Origin: Leucoraja ocellata
Lineage: Eukaryota
DNA length: 64,000 nucleotides
NCBI GenBank assembly: GCA_036785375.1
Contig: JAWMAR010000363.1
Coordinates: forward strand, 1,922,001 to 1,986,000
Reading direction: 5' to 3'
The notes under the pieces are model-generated. The model worked only from the letters and a program-made list of their open reading frames with translations. It was not told the origin of the DNA and did no database searches. Of the stretch, positions 34,001 through 44,674 are shown piece after piece (within the stretch, counting starts at the first letter, position 1; each line of letters opens with the position of its first letter). Position numbers and translations under genes: made by a program.

Positions 34001-35304
34001 AGGTTAATTGACTTTGGTAAAATTGTAATTTGTCCCTAGTGTGTGCGATTATGCTAGTGTATGGGGTGATCGCTGATCGGCGCGGACTTGGTGGGTGAAG
34101 GGCCTGATTCCATGTTGTATCTCCAAAGTTTAAAGTTGGTGATGTTGCCACCTGCCTGGTGGCCTTTTTCCAGGAGGTAAAGATTGTGAGTTTGCAAGAT
34201 ATTGACAGAGCAATTCTGAACAAATATGCAATGCATTTTTTAACTTTTGTAAGTGAGACATCACTCAAGTTTTCTCAAGAAATCTACAGTACATTTTTCT
34301 TTGAATTTTTCAACAGGATATCCGAGGGTTGATTGGAACCTTGATGGTAGCCATGAGTCCACTAACACAGAAAGTTGATTTATACTGCAGTCCTATTGCG
34401 GTTCACAAATGTTACACACCATGGGAAGATCTAAAGGACTTTACACAGCAGGTAGCTGTAACCACAATAACATTACATTTCCCTTGCCTGATTGTTCCTG
34501 CAGCAGAACTGGTTCTTACTCATTGTATGCTGAGTAGTCCATGAGAAACCAATATCCACAATGACCAACTCTCCCCTCCCTCTGGCATGTGAGCGCCCCT
34601 CTTCTCAATGGAGATAGAATCGATCCTGACTAAGTCCAACAAAAAGGATTATCTGAAGCGGTGCCACAGCTGGTAGAGCTGCTACCTTCAACATCAAAGG
34701 CCCGGCTTTGATTCTGAACACGTGCTGTATGTGTGGAGTTTACATGTTGTCCCTGTGACCACATGCGTTTCCTTAAGTTGATCCAGTTTTCTCATCTGTC
34801 TGTCTGTCTATCTCATTTCTTTCTTTCTATCGATCTATCTATCCATCTAGCCACCTATCCATCCATCCCTCCCTCCCTCCATCCCTCCCTCCCTATCTCC
34901 CTCCCATCCATCTATCCCATCCAATCCATCTATCTCAAAGAACACTTGCCTTGCCAAGGTGGATGAAGGCTTGAATTTTGGAAAATCCTCAAAATTGCAA
35001 TCTCCTTGGATCTTTCATGGTGATTATCTTCCCATCTTCTCCCTTTTCTCCCAAGATACTAACTCTACATCCTATGCCACTTTTCTTCCGCAATGTCGCA
35101 GAATGTTATTTTTCATGGATATTTTTTTTCTTTATTTTGAGGATGTTTTGTTCCTATTAATAAATATACTCTTTTTTTTCTCCACAGGTAGCCTTTTCTG
35201 GTGGAAGATGCCACTCAAACTGCAGTAGTAGTGAGGTGTCAGCTCCAAGTTCTCAACTTCCAGATACACTGAGCAGCGGAGGATCCCAAGCAGCAGATCT
35301 CTGA
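10008..35304 (+). CDS. ISL: Islet-family LIM-homeodomain transcription factor, six coding exons, 348 aa (paralogue identity unresolved)
   Basis: Exons of 73+190+257+275+135+117 = 1047 nt join in frame with GT-AG introns of phases 1,2,1,0,0. The product has two LIM domains, an Islet homeodomain, an Lhx3-binding-like segment and an SSQLPDT tail. Confidence 0.92.
10644..10863 (+). repeat. AT-rich tandem repeat with an 85-bp unit
   Basis: Units start GATCTATTTC at 10644 (shortened, 50 bp), 10694 and 10779. Confidence 0.85.
11346..11690 (-). mobile_element. Degenerate Rex1/Babar LINE 3' end
   Basis: CCTGATGG..GGAAGAAGCAGTTCTTGAACCTG is the reverse of the RFKNSFFP-like C-terminus. Confidence 0.55.
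12878..16076 (+). mobile_element. CR1-clade LINE (end of ORF1, endonuclease, RT), interrupted and running into a gap
   Basis: Motifs [56 protein letters not shown] and [16 protein letters not shown]. Several stops are present. Confidence 0.93.
13497..14321 (+). mobile_element. GC-rich non-autonomous retroelement with a (TTGAATC)n tail
   Basis: Splits the CR1 codons for WELN/IQG. TSD TGAAC at 13492-13496 and 14322-14326. A second full copy lies at 54033-54922. Confidence 0.85.
16077..16276. other. Assembly gap (200 N)
   Basis: Run of N. Confidence 1.
16277..16331. mobile_element. Right end of a Harbinger-like MITE
   Basis: Ends GTGGGACAGGTCCT followed by TAA, like the TIR of 23231-23405. 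Confidence 0.6.
16449..16560. mobile_element. hAT/Charlie-type MITE, 112 bp
   Basis: TIRs CAGTGATTCCCAA and TCGGGAAATACTG. Perfect 8-bp TSD GCCTATAG. Confidence 0.88.
16630..16920 (+). mobile_element. HE1-like V-SINE
   Basis: TGCTGCCTTACAGTGCCAGAGACCC head with the standard body and tail. Confidence 0.8.
18495..19206 (+). repeat. GA-rich polypurine low-complexity tract
   Basis: About 700 bp almost entirely G and A, ending at the gap 19207-19351. Confidence 0.95.
20488..20615 (+). repeat. C-rich minisatellite, unit of about 18-19 bp
   Basis: Repeated CCCCTCCTCCCA(A/C)CCAC. Confidence 0.9.
20937..22111 (-). mobile_element. Vingi-like (Ingi group) LINE, 5'-truncated
   Basis: Motifs [35 protein letters not shown] and [15 protein letters not shown], with a C-terminal [15 protein letters not shown]. 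(GAA)n tail. TSD TCCAGT at 20931-20936 and 22112-22117. Confidence 0.82.
23231..23405. mobile_element. PIF/Harbinger-like MITE inside L2 ORF1
   Basis: Perfect 19-bp TIR AGGGCCTGTCCCACTTGGG, flanked by TAC and TAA. Confidence 0.85.
24207..24240. mobile_element. 34-bp palindromic mini-element with an 8-bp TSD
   Basis: CAAAGATTATAGAGGAGCTCCTCTAGGATCTTTG is flanked by CTTGGTGG on both sides. Confidence 0.8.
24992..25300 (-). mobile_element. HE1-like V-SINE
   Basis: Near full-length reverse copy with a (TTTAG)n tail. Confidence 0.85.
26154..27066 (-). mobile_element. HE1-like V-SINE interrupted by Rex1
   Basis: SINE halves at 26154-26293 and 26918-27066. Confidence 0.8.
26294..26917 (+). mobile_element. 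Rex1/Babar LINE 3' fragment (young)
   Basis: [15 protein letters not shown]...[17 protein letters not shown]...LQRVVRSAE with a (CTTGA)n tail. TSD ATCTCTG at 26287-26293 and 26918-26924. Confidence 0.9.
27132..27321 (+). CDS. ISL: Islet-like exon 2 (LIM1)
   Basis: ttgcag|AG..TTCAG|gtgag, 190 nt. Zinc ligands CRGC, HAAC, CVEC and CKTD, plus the [18 protein letters not shown] signature. Confidence 0.96.
27714..27798 (+). mobile_element. Short Vingi-tailed element
   Basis: TACAACTTTAGGCTGTGCACACCATACGCAAGAAGAAG matches the Vingi-like 3' end at about 20937-20975. Confidence 0.65.
28475..28731 (+). CDS. ISL: Islet-like exon 3 (LIM2)
   Basis: ccttag|C..TCAG|gtcagt, 257 nt. Zinc ligands CAQC, HQRC, CVAC and CIQD, plus [14 protein letters not shown]. 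Confidence 0.95.
28835..29125 (-). mobile_element. HE1-like V-SINE
   Basis: Reverse SINE body and (TTTAG)n tail. Confidence 0.75.
30100..30316 (+). mobile_element. tRNA-derived SINE with an L2-type tail
   Basis: A box TGGCGCAACGG (30105), B box GGTTCGAATCC (30149), CORE-like GTCCTTGGGGCAAGACACTT and tail AGCACTTTG..GTGCTATATAAATAAG(ATT)n. TSD AACTCG. Confidence 0.88.
30463..30737 (+). CDS. ISL: Islet-like exon 4 (homeodomain)
   Basis: ggcag|AA..GCA|gtaagt. Encodes [59 protein letters not shown]. Confidence 0.97.
31150..31495 (-). mobile_element. HE1-like V-SINE
   Basis: Reverse SINE with a long (TTTAG)n tail. Confidence 0.75.
32400..32880 (-). mobile_element. CR1 LINE 3' fragment, degenerate
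   Basis: [10 protein letters not shown] and [20 protein letters not shown] motifs. Confidence 0.75.
33050..33766 (-). mobile_element. GC-rich non-autonomous retroelement (related family) with an internal minisatellite
   Basis: On the minus strand it has CCATCACAG..CTGTGGTGG and TTCAGACC-GAAA-GGTCTGAATGACAATAAA hairpins followed by a TCAAAT-type tail. Confidence 0.7.
33357..33766 (+). repeat. 21-bp minisatellite with alternating variants (42-bp higher-order unit)
   Basis: CAGCTCCGAGTCCCGCTGCAA alternates with CAGCTCCGAGTCCCGCAGCCT. Confidence 0.95.
33832..34135 (+). mobile_element. HE1-like V-SINE
   Basis: GGGCAGCAC head, B box and standard tail. Confidence 0.8.
34317..34451 (+). CDS. ISL: Islet-like exon 5 (Lhx3-binding-domain-like)
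   Basis: caacag|[36 protein letters not shown] aligns to ISL1 NIQGMTGTPMVAASP..NPVEVQSYQPPWKVLSDF. The donor CAG|gtagct is weak, and an in-phase alternative lies after 34457. Confidence 0.85.
35188..35304 (+). CDS. ISL: Islet-like exon 6 (C-terminus)
   Basis: Strong polypyrimidine tract then ccacag|[41 protein letters not shown] versus ISL1 [38 protein letters not shown]. Absent from the ORF track because it is short. Confidence 0.92.
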   Translation, partial: VAFSGGRCHSNCSSSEVSAPSSQLPDTLSSGGSQAADL

Positions 35305-35370
35305 CTTTGTAACCTGCCATTAACCAAGACTTTATTGGAAAACCAACAAGAATGACTTTCATAAAGACAC

Positions 35371-35376
35371 AATAAA
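35371..35376 (+). terminator. Candidate polyadenylation signal
   Basis: AATAAA 66 nt after the stop codon. Confidence 0.5.
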
Positions 35377-38300
35377 CTGCAGTTGATAGAATCTCAAGCA
35401 AAAATAGTGCTGCAGGAACATTAGTTGAGGCAGCATCTGTGGAGTGAAACGAACAGACGTTTCGGATCGGGACCCAGTCCTGTTTCTATTTGTCATGTTC
35501 AGAAAGATGAAGCAAGTTTAGTACTTCTAAAGTCGTACAAGATGTAGTGAAGCTGCATTTGGGGTATTGCGTTCAGTTTTGTTCACCCTGTTGTTAGAAA
35601 AGTGCCATGATGGAAGGACTATTCAGAAGCTTGATAACAGAGGGAAAGAAGTACGTAAGGGTTTAATTGTTGACTGGCAAATGAACATTGAAATTCTTAC
35701 TTGCTGCAGCTTTACACGCCCATTACAACACAACAAATAAAGTCTATAAAGTACAAGCTGAAGTACCTAGTGTAACCTACAAAAAGTCCATAGCGGGCAT
35801 AGCTTTAAGATGAAAGGGGCAAAGTTCAAAGGAGATGAGCGGGGGCAAGGTTTTTTACACCGAAAGTGGTGGGTGCCTGGAACACATTGCCAGAGGTGGT
35901 GATGGAGGCAGGTATGACAGTGTTGTTTAAGGTGCTATTAGATCGGCACATGGATATCGAGGGATCTGGATCATGTGTAGGCAGATGAGATTAGTTTATC
36001 TTGGCATCATGTTCAGCACAGTCATTGTGGACCACTGGGCCTATTCCTATGCTGTACTGTTCTATGTTCTAAATTCAAAATGCGAGAAGAGCAAGAATAG
36101 AAGTTATCAAAAAGGAGTTGCAGAACTATTATGTTAATCCAGTTCAGTAAATGCGATCACTGCATTGATGACCTTAAAGAATTCTTCTACCACTTCAGCT
36201 TTGAATCAGAGTGCATGATTTAGAAAACCTGTCCTTGAATTTCACTGGCAATATGATATCAATTGAAACTGGCAACTATGGGCTACTCCCAGATTATGAT
36301 ATTCTCATTATTTGATTTAATCTAATTTTCGTATTTTTTTTAATCCTTTAGAGTTGAAAAGTTAACAAATATTGTGTAAAAGAAACCACCCACATTTCAG
36401 CAGGTTTGTGTAAGATTCCATGTTTTAATTTTGTGCACTCATCCACCAGAAGACATTAATAAGAACAGGAATCATAGTCCTAGAGGGACCCACCCTACAC
36501 ATTCATAAAATTCATCTTGATTATTACAGACTGTAGCCAGATAGTTGAGGTTTCAAGTGAGGCAGGAAAAGTAACGAAAACTGTCAGACATTTCAACAAA
36601 TAAAGAACCAAACCGAGATCAATAAATCCCTATTTCAATGGTACTGGTTTACTATTGTCATGTATATTGAGATACAGTAAAATGCTTTATTTGCATGCAA
36701 TCCAGTCAAATCAAATCATGACTACCATCAAGCCATACACAAGTACAGCAGGTAGTGCAAAGGAAAAAAAACAGAATGCAGAATATAGTGTCATAGCATT
36801 TTTGTCTTACAGTTACAGAGGGAATGTCTAAGGTCCACAATGAGATAGGTTGAACGATCACCCTGGCCTATAGTAGGATAGTTCAATAGTTTGATAACAG
36901 GGGGAAGAAGCTGTTCCTGAAATCAGTAGAAGGTGCTTTCAAGCTTCTTTCCCAATGGGAGAGGGGAGAAGGGTAGAAGAGGGAACGACTGGATGAAAAT
37001 TGACTATGTTGGCTACTTTGCAATGTCAACATGAAGTGTAGACGGAGTCGATGGGGGGGAGGAGGCTGGTCTGTATGATGGACTGCACTACATCCACACT
37101 CTCTGCTCAAATAACCCTTCACATTTTTATTGAACCATTGAAACACAGATGAAACCATTTCATTTATAAGCAAGAACCTGAAATTAGTTTGATCAGATGT
37201 AATTTTAGTTTCTTGATGAGTGTAGAATGGATTTAGAGGTAAAACATAGGAACCTAGAAGCACAGGCAAAGGGAAGCAGAAGTAGGCCCTTAGGTCATGG
37301 AGTCATAAAGACATACAATGTGGAAACAGGCCCTTTGGCCCAACCTCCACACCAACCAACATGGTCCATTTACTCTAGTCCCATTTGCTTGTGTTTGGCC
37401 CAAATCCCTCCAAACCTGCCCTATCCAGGTACATGTCCAAATGTTTCATAAACATTGCAATAGTCCCTGCCTTAACTACCTCCTCCAACAGCTCTTTCCA
37501 TACACCCACCACCCTTTGTGTGAACCTTCAGGTCCTTCAGGATCAAGGAAGACACTACAACTGGTTTCAGGAACACCTTCCTTCCTTCCATTATCAAATC
37601 TCAATACCATATGCCTTGCGGCCTTTTGTATTGGGAAATCTGTCTCCTTCTTAAGCAAGGTGCAGATGCTTGTTTACACAAAATGAGGCATCCTTTAACA
37701 TGTTCAGCCACGTGCCTCCTTAGTTCTCGGTGGTGGAAAAAGGAAGTTCTGTATCAAATTATTCTGACATCGCTAGGATACCTCCTTTCAAATTGGCTAA
37801 CTTTATAAATTATAGACAAAACTAAATATAATCTTTTAATCACAAGAAATTAATAAGGGATAAAACCAAAAATATATATTTTTGCTTCTCATCTAAATTT
37901 TGATGATAATACCATATACTTCAATAAACATTTATTCAAAATTCATCCATAAATAAATTATTAAATTCTGCATCAATGCAATAAATTCTACTCATCGTGT
38001 ACCCTATTCTATGTGTTAGAGAAAAAAAATTAAGATTCTTGGAATCATAAGCTGAAGTTTCATTCTTAATAAGGTTACTGATATCACGTTACGGAAGTGA
38101 GTCATTCCAAGGTTGAACATGATAGTTATTTCCAGAACAGACCATTGACCACACATTCTTAATCTCAACCTCTGAAGAGCAGCCTTTTACAGATTCAATA
38201 CAAACATGTAATTCTTCTCTTCAGGAGCCCCTGTGAGATTGGCAATTTACTTCAAATTAGTTTAGTATTGCAAATATAAATTAGTTTTATATCTTGAATA

Positions 38301-38539
38301 TCACTCAATTAGAACAAACCCCAATTCATCTGGAACATGTTACATTCTTAACAGATAAAAGGGATTAAGAAAAGATCATGTTATGCTGTTTAAAAGTGCC
38401 AATTGAGAGAATATGATGCTTAAGATACTCTCATCTCATTCCTGAAACATCTCCTTGGGATATTTTATGTTCACCCGAGTGAACTGACATTTAATGTCTC
38501 ATTTGATGGATGTCATCCTTGGTGTAACCTTAAAGAACT

Positions 38540-38990
38540 GTGGGCAGACCACAATTGGAGCAATGTATGCAGTTCTGGTCGCCTTACTACAGGAAGGATG
38601 TGGTGGCTTCTGGAGAGGGTGCAGAAGAAGTTTACCAGAATGCTGCCTAGATTAGAGGGTATTGGTAATAACGAGAATTTTGGACAAACTTGGATAGTTT
38701 TCCCTGGAGTATCAGAGGTGGAGGGGAGACCTAATAGAATAATATAAAATTATTAGAGGCATAGAGAGGGTAGACAGTCAGAATCTTTTTTTCCCCCAGG
38801 CTGGTGAAGCCAAAGACTAAAGGGCATCGTTTTAAGGTGAAAGAGGCAAACTTCAAAGGAGATGTGTGGAAAAGATTATTTTTTGCAGAGGGCGGTGGGT
38901 GTCTGGAATACGGTGCCAGAAGTGATGGTGGCGGAAGATATGTTAGTGGCATTTAAGAATCTTTTAGATAGGCTAATGGATATGTGAGGT
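38540..38990 (+). mobile_element. CR1 LINE 3' fragment, degenerate
   Basis: CMQFWSPYYRKDVV, ERVQKKFTRMLP and RRWRGDLIE-like segments. Confidence 0.75.
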
Positions 38991-39534
38991 TTAGTTTCGT
39001 TTAGAGATACAGTGCGGAAACAGTGTCTTTGGTTGCACTATGGACTTTGGATTTGTTTAGAGTTTAGAGATACAGCATGGAAACAGACCCTTCAGCCCAT
39101 TAAGTCATGCGACCATCGATCACCTGTACTCTAATTCTATGCTATCCCATCCTACACACTCGGGGCAATTTTCAGAAGTAAATTAACCTACAAACCTGCA
39201 CATTTATGGAATGAGGGAGGAAACTGGAACACACGGAGGAAACCCATGTGGCCACAAGGAGCACGAATAAACTGCACAGACATCACCCATAGTCTGGATC
39301 GAATCTAGGTCTCTGGCACTTTGAGGCAGCAGATCTACCACTGCACCAATGTGTCTGACTTGATCTATTATGGTTACCTCATATTACTGTTATTGATTCA
39401 TTGTATTATTGATTATCATATATTTATTTGTGTTTTATTGAGTTAACAAAGCTGCAGCATTTAAGAATTTCATTGTTCCATTGTCAGTTCATAGGACAAT
39501 TAAATTCTCTTGACTTGACTTCAATCTGTTGTTA

Positions 39535-39554
39535 CCTGCTCCCTCTAGTGGTCA
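39535..39554 (-). promoter_or_regulatory. CTCF-like motif
   Basis: Minus strand reads TGACCACTAGAGGGAGCAGG, close to the CTCF core consensus. Confidence 0.5.
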
Positions 39555-40709
39555 GACTACAGCAAAAATAAACGGCTTGTACAAAGATACAAATGGGAAA
39601 TACCAATGAACTACAATTGCTCTCTGTACAGATTCCACATGGTGGCCAAAAGGGGAACTTGTAATGTCAAAGAACAGTTGTTACAAAGCCCAAGTATGAA
39701 GTCTGTTTTTGCATTCTTTGTTGTTCTTGGTAGGAGCCTTTTTCTTTTAAATTATCCTATCTTTCTCTGCCACGTTTTATTGTCCATTTTTTGTCCGTTT
39801 ATGTCATAGAGACATAGAGTCATACATCATGGAAACAGGCCCATTGGCTCAAATTTCCCACACCGCCCATCATGTCCCATCTACACCAGTCCCACCTGCC
39901 TACCTTTGGCCCATATCCCTCTAAACCTATCATATCCTGTCTTCTCCCTTCTGGTTCCATGCATCAATGCTTGATCTTGAAAGAAAATATGTCATTAATT
40001 TGGAAAGGGTGCAGAAGGGCATTCCGTTGGTTTATGTTTCATTCGCAAGACGAAGATGATGATCAGGATGTTTCCCGGGTTTGCAGGCTTGTGTTATAGA
40101 GAGCGGTTGGATCGGCTGGGAGTTTCTTCTTAGGAGCATAGGAGGCCGAGGAGTGACCTTAATGAGGTGTACAAGATCACGAGGGATATGGATAACGTGA
40201 ATGGCCACAGTATTTTTTCTCAGGGTCGAGGTCTCTCATACTAAAGGACATAGGTTTAAGGAACAAGGCGAAAGATTTATGAAGGACTTCAGAGGCAATT
40301 TTTTTCACTCCAAGGGAGCTATAGACATGGAGAAAATTATAATCTTCAAATGACGTAAACAGATATATGGATAGGACTGGGCAAATGCAGGCAAATGGGA
40401 CTAGCTCAGATTAACAACTCAGTCAGCGTGGAAAAGTTGGGCTAAAGCATCGTTTAATGATTCAGTGATGAGTACAGGTGAAGCTTTGATCTTATTATCT
40501 CCATTATCCAACGGTGCTAATGTTGTTCATTGACAGTATTAGGGCACCACAAATTTGCCCTTGTTACCTCGATAATAAAATGTTTTCATTTATATATCAA
40601 TTTAGTTGCCTTTTCATGAAAATAGAAGCAAGAGGCATTTCAGATGAAGTATTAAATGTTCATATGTTCAAGTTTTTGCTTGAAGTTTTCAATCCTTTTA
40701 AATTACATA

Positions 40710-40868
40710 AAAAGACACAAGGTGCTGGAGTAACTCAGTGGGTCGGGCAACATCCCTGGAGAACATAGATAGGTGACGTTTCGGGTCGGGACCCTTCTTC
40801 AGACCATTTTCATGTTCTCCATAGATGCTGCCTGAACCGCTGAGCTACTCCAGCACTTTGCGTCTTTT
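40710..40868. mobile_element. Inverted (hairpin) Penelope-derived element containing a hammerhead core
   Basis: Arms GACACAAGGTGCTGGAGTAACTCAG.. and ..CTGAGCTACTCCAGCACTTTGCGTC. Minus-strand core at 40775-40802. Confidence 0.75.
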
Positions 40869-43036
40869 CATTTTGTCTTTTTCAGACGTAGCTAATTTGT
40901 TTTTGATATTACAGCAGCTAATTTGTTCCTAATCATTATTTTAGCTTTATATTTGTTTTACTTGCAAAGATTATTATCCAGAGAGGCAATTATCCTCTCA
41001 AATCTGCCAAGGATACATCATCCATAGTTAACACAATGTGCTGCCAATCACATTCTCAGTGGGTAGGGGGGGGGCTTGATTAAAGTGGAACAGGTAACAA
41101 AGGTGACATCTTAGGGGAAATCAACGGAATGCACGCTACAAGCTATTTAAGTAGGTGGCTAATGTTGTCTGAATTCTTCAATACTTTCTTTACTTCTTGT
41201 ATGTTGGACAGAGCTAAAACTATAAATGTGTAGAAAACTCCATTGAGAGTGTAAAAATGTGGGTTTTAATTTGTCCCAGTTCTGTTGTGGCCAGTAAAAA
41301 TCTTTCTTATTTAACAATTCAAACAGAGAATCCCAATTTTTGGAAGCATATCGTGGAAATTTGAGTACCCACTGAAACAGATTTTTTACAAATAACTTAA
41401 ATGGCCAGAAATTATATTATCTAGAATCCAGTTGTCATAACTGTTCTTCCTTGAAATATCTCCATAAAATGTATTATAAAGAAATCATACATCTTACGTC
41501 AAAACTGTGAACAATATGAAGAATGTCATTACTAATGAGTGAAATAGCTTGTGTGACAAATGTTCTCACAATATTAGAAAGAACGAACTGCAGATACGGA
41601 TTTACAAAAAAAGTGCTGGAGTCACTCAGCAGGTCAGGCAGCATCCCTGGAGAACGTGGATAGGTGCATGTTTTAGGTCTGGACTGAATAAGGGTATTGG
41701 AGCTGGAGTAAAAAGTAGAAACAAAGCAGATAATCTGAAATAGAAACATAAAATATAAGGGATATTCTGTAGTGCAGCATCTGTGGAGGCAGAAAGGGTT
41801 GATTTTACATATCCATGACATTTCATCAGATGGGGAAGACTATCAGAATCTTTTTTTCCCAGGGTGGAAATGTCAAATCCTAAAGGATATAACTTTAAGG
41901 TGAGATGGGAAAAGTTTAAAGGAGATGTGCGGAGCAAGTTTATTTACAGAGTGGCAGATTCTGGAATGTGGTGATGGATGCAGATATGATAGTGGCACTT
42001 AAGAGGCTTTTAAATAAGCACATGGATATACAGGGGAAAGCGGGATATGGATCATGTGCAGACAGAAGGAGTGAGTTTAGTTTGGCATCATATTAGGCAT
42101 GGACATCATGGGCCACAAGGGGCCTGTTCCTGTGTTGTATTGCTCTATGTTTAATGTAATATTTTGATCAGATAAGCTAGAACGTTGCTGAAGAAATGAC
42201 AGTAGGGCGGGCTTCAGATTACTGGCCTACTGGATCTAGTTCTGGGATAGGAGGGACTCTTCAAAGTAAAAAATCTGAATCTCAACAAGGCTGTTACGTA
42301 TGTCACGATGGATTAACAAATGTTGTGAGTCAGACTTTAAACCAATTTTAAACTAATTGTTTAGTCTAATTTTTGGATTAGCTCTTCATGTGTGTAAATG
42401 CATGGACTGTGGTAAATACAATTGCCGAGCCTCACTCACAAGTTGTCACCGGGAACTAAAATAGAATAGAATAAAAGAGAATTGGTTCATATGAGGAGAT
42501 TTGGGAACTTGGTATTCCTGAGCTGAGGGTTATATGGGACTGATAGAAAAGGGCAAACTTTCAAAGTAGAGTGGAGCCAGGGATGTATAGTAATAAGGAA
42601 GCTATAACAGAACTGGTCAAGGTTCAACAATGGGGTACCCAAAAAGCAGAACCTCTCTGGTTGGAATTGAGGGAATGTGCTATTCATTGTGGGCAACTAA
42701 CAGCGGGAGGGAGATTGAGGAGATAAATGTGCAAATTAGAAGAGAGTGCAATGATAAGAAAGGATGTCAATTGTTTATTTATAGACTGAGATAATAACAA
42801 TGCAGAGGGCAGAAATAATGGATATGTGAGCAGGAAGTGGCTCGAACAATGTTTTCAACTCAATGAGAAAGGAAGCAATAAAATGGCAGAAAGTAAACCA
42901 GAATGTTTCCTGGCTGTTGACTTGAGACTTGTTATTTTTTTCAGGATGTTAAATATAGACTTGTAAACTACAGTAAACACAAAACACAGCCATGTCCCAA
43001 GCATTGAAGAGGACAGTAACAGACTTCAGGCAACTA

Positions 43037-43340
43037 GGGCGGCATGGTGGTGCAACAGTAGGGTTGCTGCCTTACAGCGCCAGACCCAGGTTCGATCCTG
43101 ACTATGGGTGCTTGTCTGTATGGAGTTTATACATTCTCCCCGTGAGTGGGTTTTCTCCGGGTGCTCTAGTGTCCTCCCACACTCCAAAGGTGTACAGGTT
43201 TGAAGGTTAATTGGCTTGGCGTGATTGCAAATTGGTCTCTGGTGCGCGTACAATAGCGTTTGTGTGCGGGGATCGCTGGTCGGCGATGACTTGGTGTACT
43301 GAAGGGCCAGTTTCCGTGCTGTATCTCTAAACTAAACTAG
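43037..43340 (+). mobile_element. HE1-like V-SINE, full length
   Basis: GGGCGGCATGGTGGTGCAACAG head, GGTTCGATCC B box and (TAAAC)n tail. Confidence 0.88.
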
Positions 43341-44674
43341 GCATAAGCAAGATGCAATTTTATTTAACACTATTTAACAGTGAAGAGAAAAGTGATAGGT
43401 ACTGAAGGGAACACAAAAGCAGTCAATGAACAGCAAGTTGTGGCTAAAAGCCTACAAAGGCACGATATGCTGAACCTTCCTCAGCATTTTATGCTTCTGT
43501 GCATCTAAGTATTTCACTATATTTATACAACCCATTAGATGCTGTTCTATTTATTGCAGCCTATATATTAAACTAATTGCACAACCAGAGTGTTAACTTT
43601 CAATTCTTCTTAATTATGCCATCGTTAAAGTGGCACATAAAGTCAAACCATTTAGAAAATAAAATACAACTTTCAGATGATTTTAAATTTCAGTGATTTG
43701 TGAGTTATTTGAAGTAAGAAGTAAGAAGTTAATGATGGGAAAGCAAAGCAACTGTGCTGAATAGTTTGACCTCCATCATAATGAGGTCTTCAAAATGCAC
43801 CGATCTGCACAGTGCATTATTCCACACAGTATTCTACATTCGCAAAAATGTTGGCACAGTAGAAACATCACGTGCTATTAGATGATTAGATGGATAATTT
43901 GTGAATGGTACAAATCTCATTACATGCATTGAGGAAACTTCCCAGAGTCTCGAGCCACTATGCATTGATGATTCTCTTATTATTCTGGCACTAATGAATA
44001 TACAATGGGGCATACCCTTGACCACACAGTTTGAAAGCAATTGGAAATCCTGGCTGATTCACTGAAGCCAGACTGAACTGTTTTTTTGTTCAGACGGTAC
44101 AATAATAAAGGTTACGATGTGGAAATTTTCGAAATGTAATCCACACAAAGCAGTATCACGTATTAGAGACTATAGCATTAAAGAGTAGAGGTTTAGGACA
44201 TGGGCATTACTGACAAGGCCACAGAAATTAGACTAAACAGTACTATCTGTTCCTTGAGTTGCCTCAATGATAAATCTGCAGTCAGGTCACCCTCAAACCA
44301 ATATTCGACATAAATTTGAGAGACAGGAACTCGAATGATCTAATATCTATAGGATCCTTGATGACTTCATTGAAGTTAGCTGATATTATCCTGCATATTT
44401 TCTTGATGAGCAAAGGTTCTGTAACCTCTCAATGGATGGTCTTCTCTGGTGCAGGCTTTCCATTTGATAGACACAAAATACTGGAGTAACTCAGCGGGTC
44501 ACACTGGAGAAAAGGAATAGCAGCTTGATCATTTATCTTGTTGAATCCTCTACATCACTGTATTTTTCAGTTCCTGAGACTTTTCTTTAAGTTCCTGCTC
44601 CAAGGCATTGTCATCCTTCAGTGTAGCAAACCATGTTGTTAGAAACTATTCAACCAGAACATTTTTATACTTTG

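Noticed and set aside
33252-34007. 251-aa ORF resembling a mucin or antifreeze-like repeat protein, also superficially CRISPR-like
   Set aside because: It is an intronic 21-bp minisatellite within a retroelement, with no unique spacers and no cas genes in eukaryotic DNA.
41044-41150. CCAAT, G-run and TATTTAA arranged like a promoter
   Set aside because: No downstream exon or CpG island could be identified.
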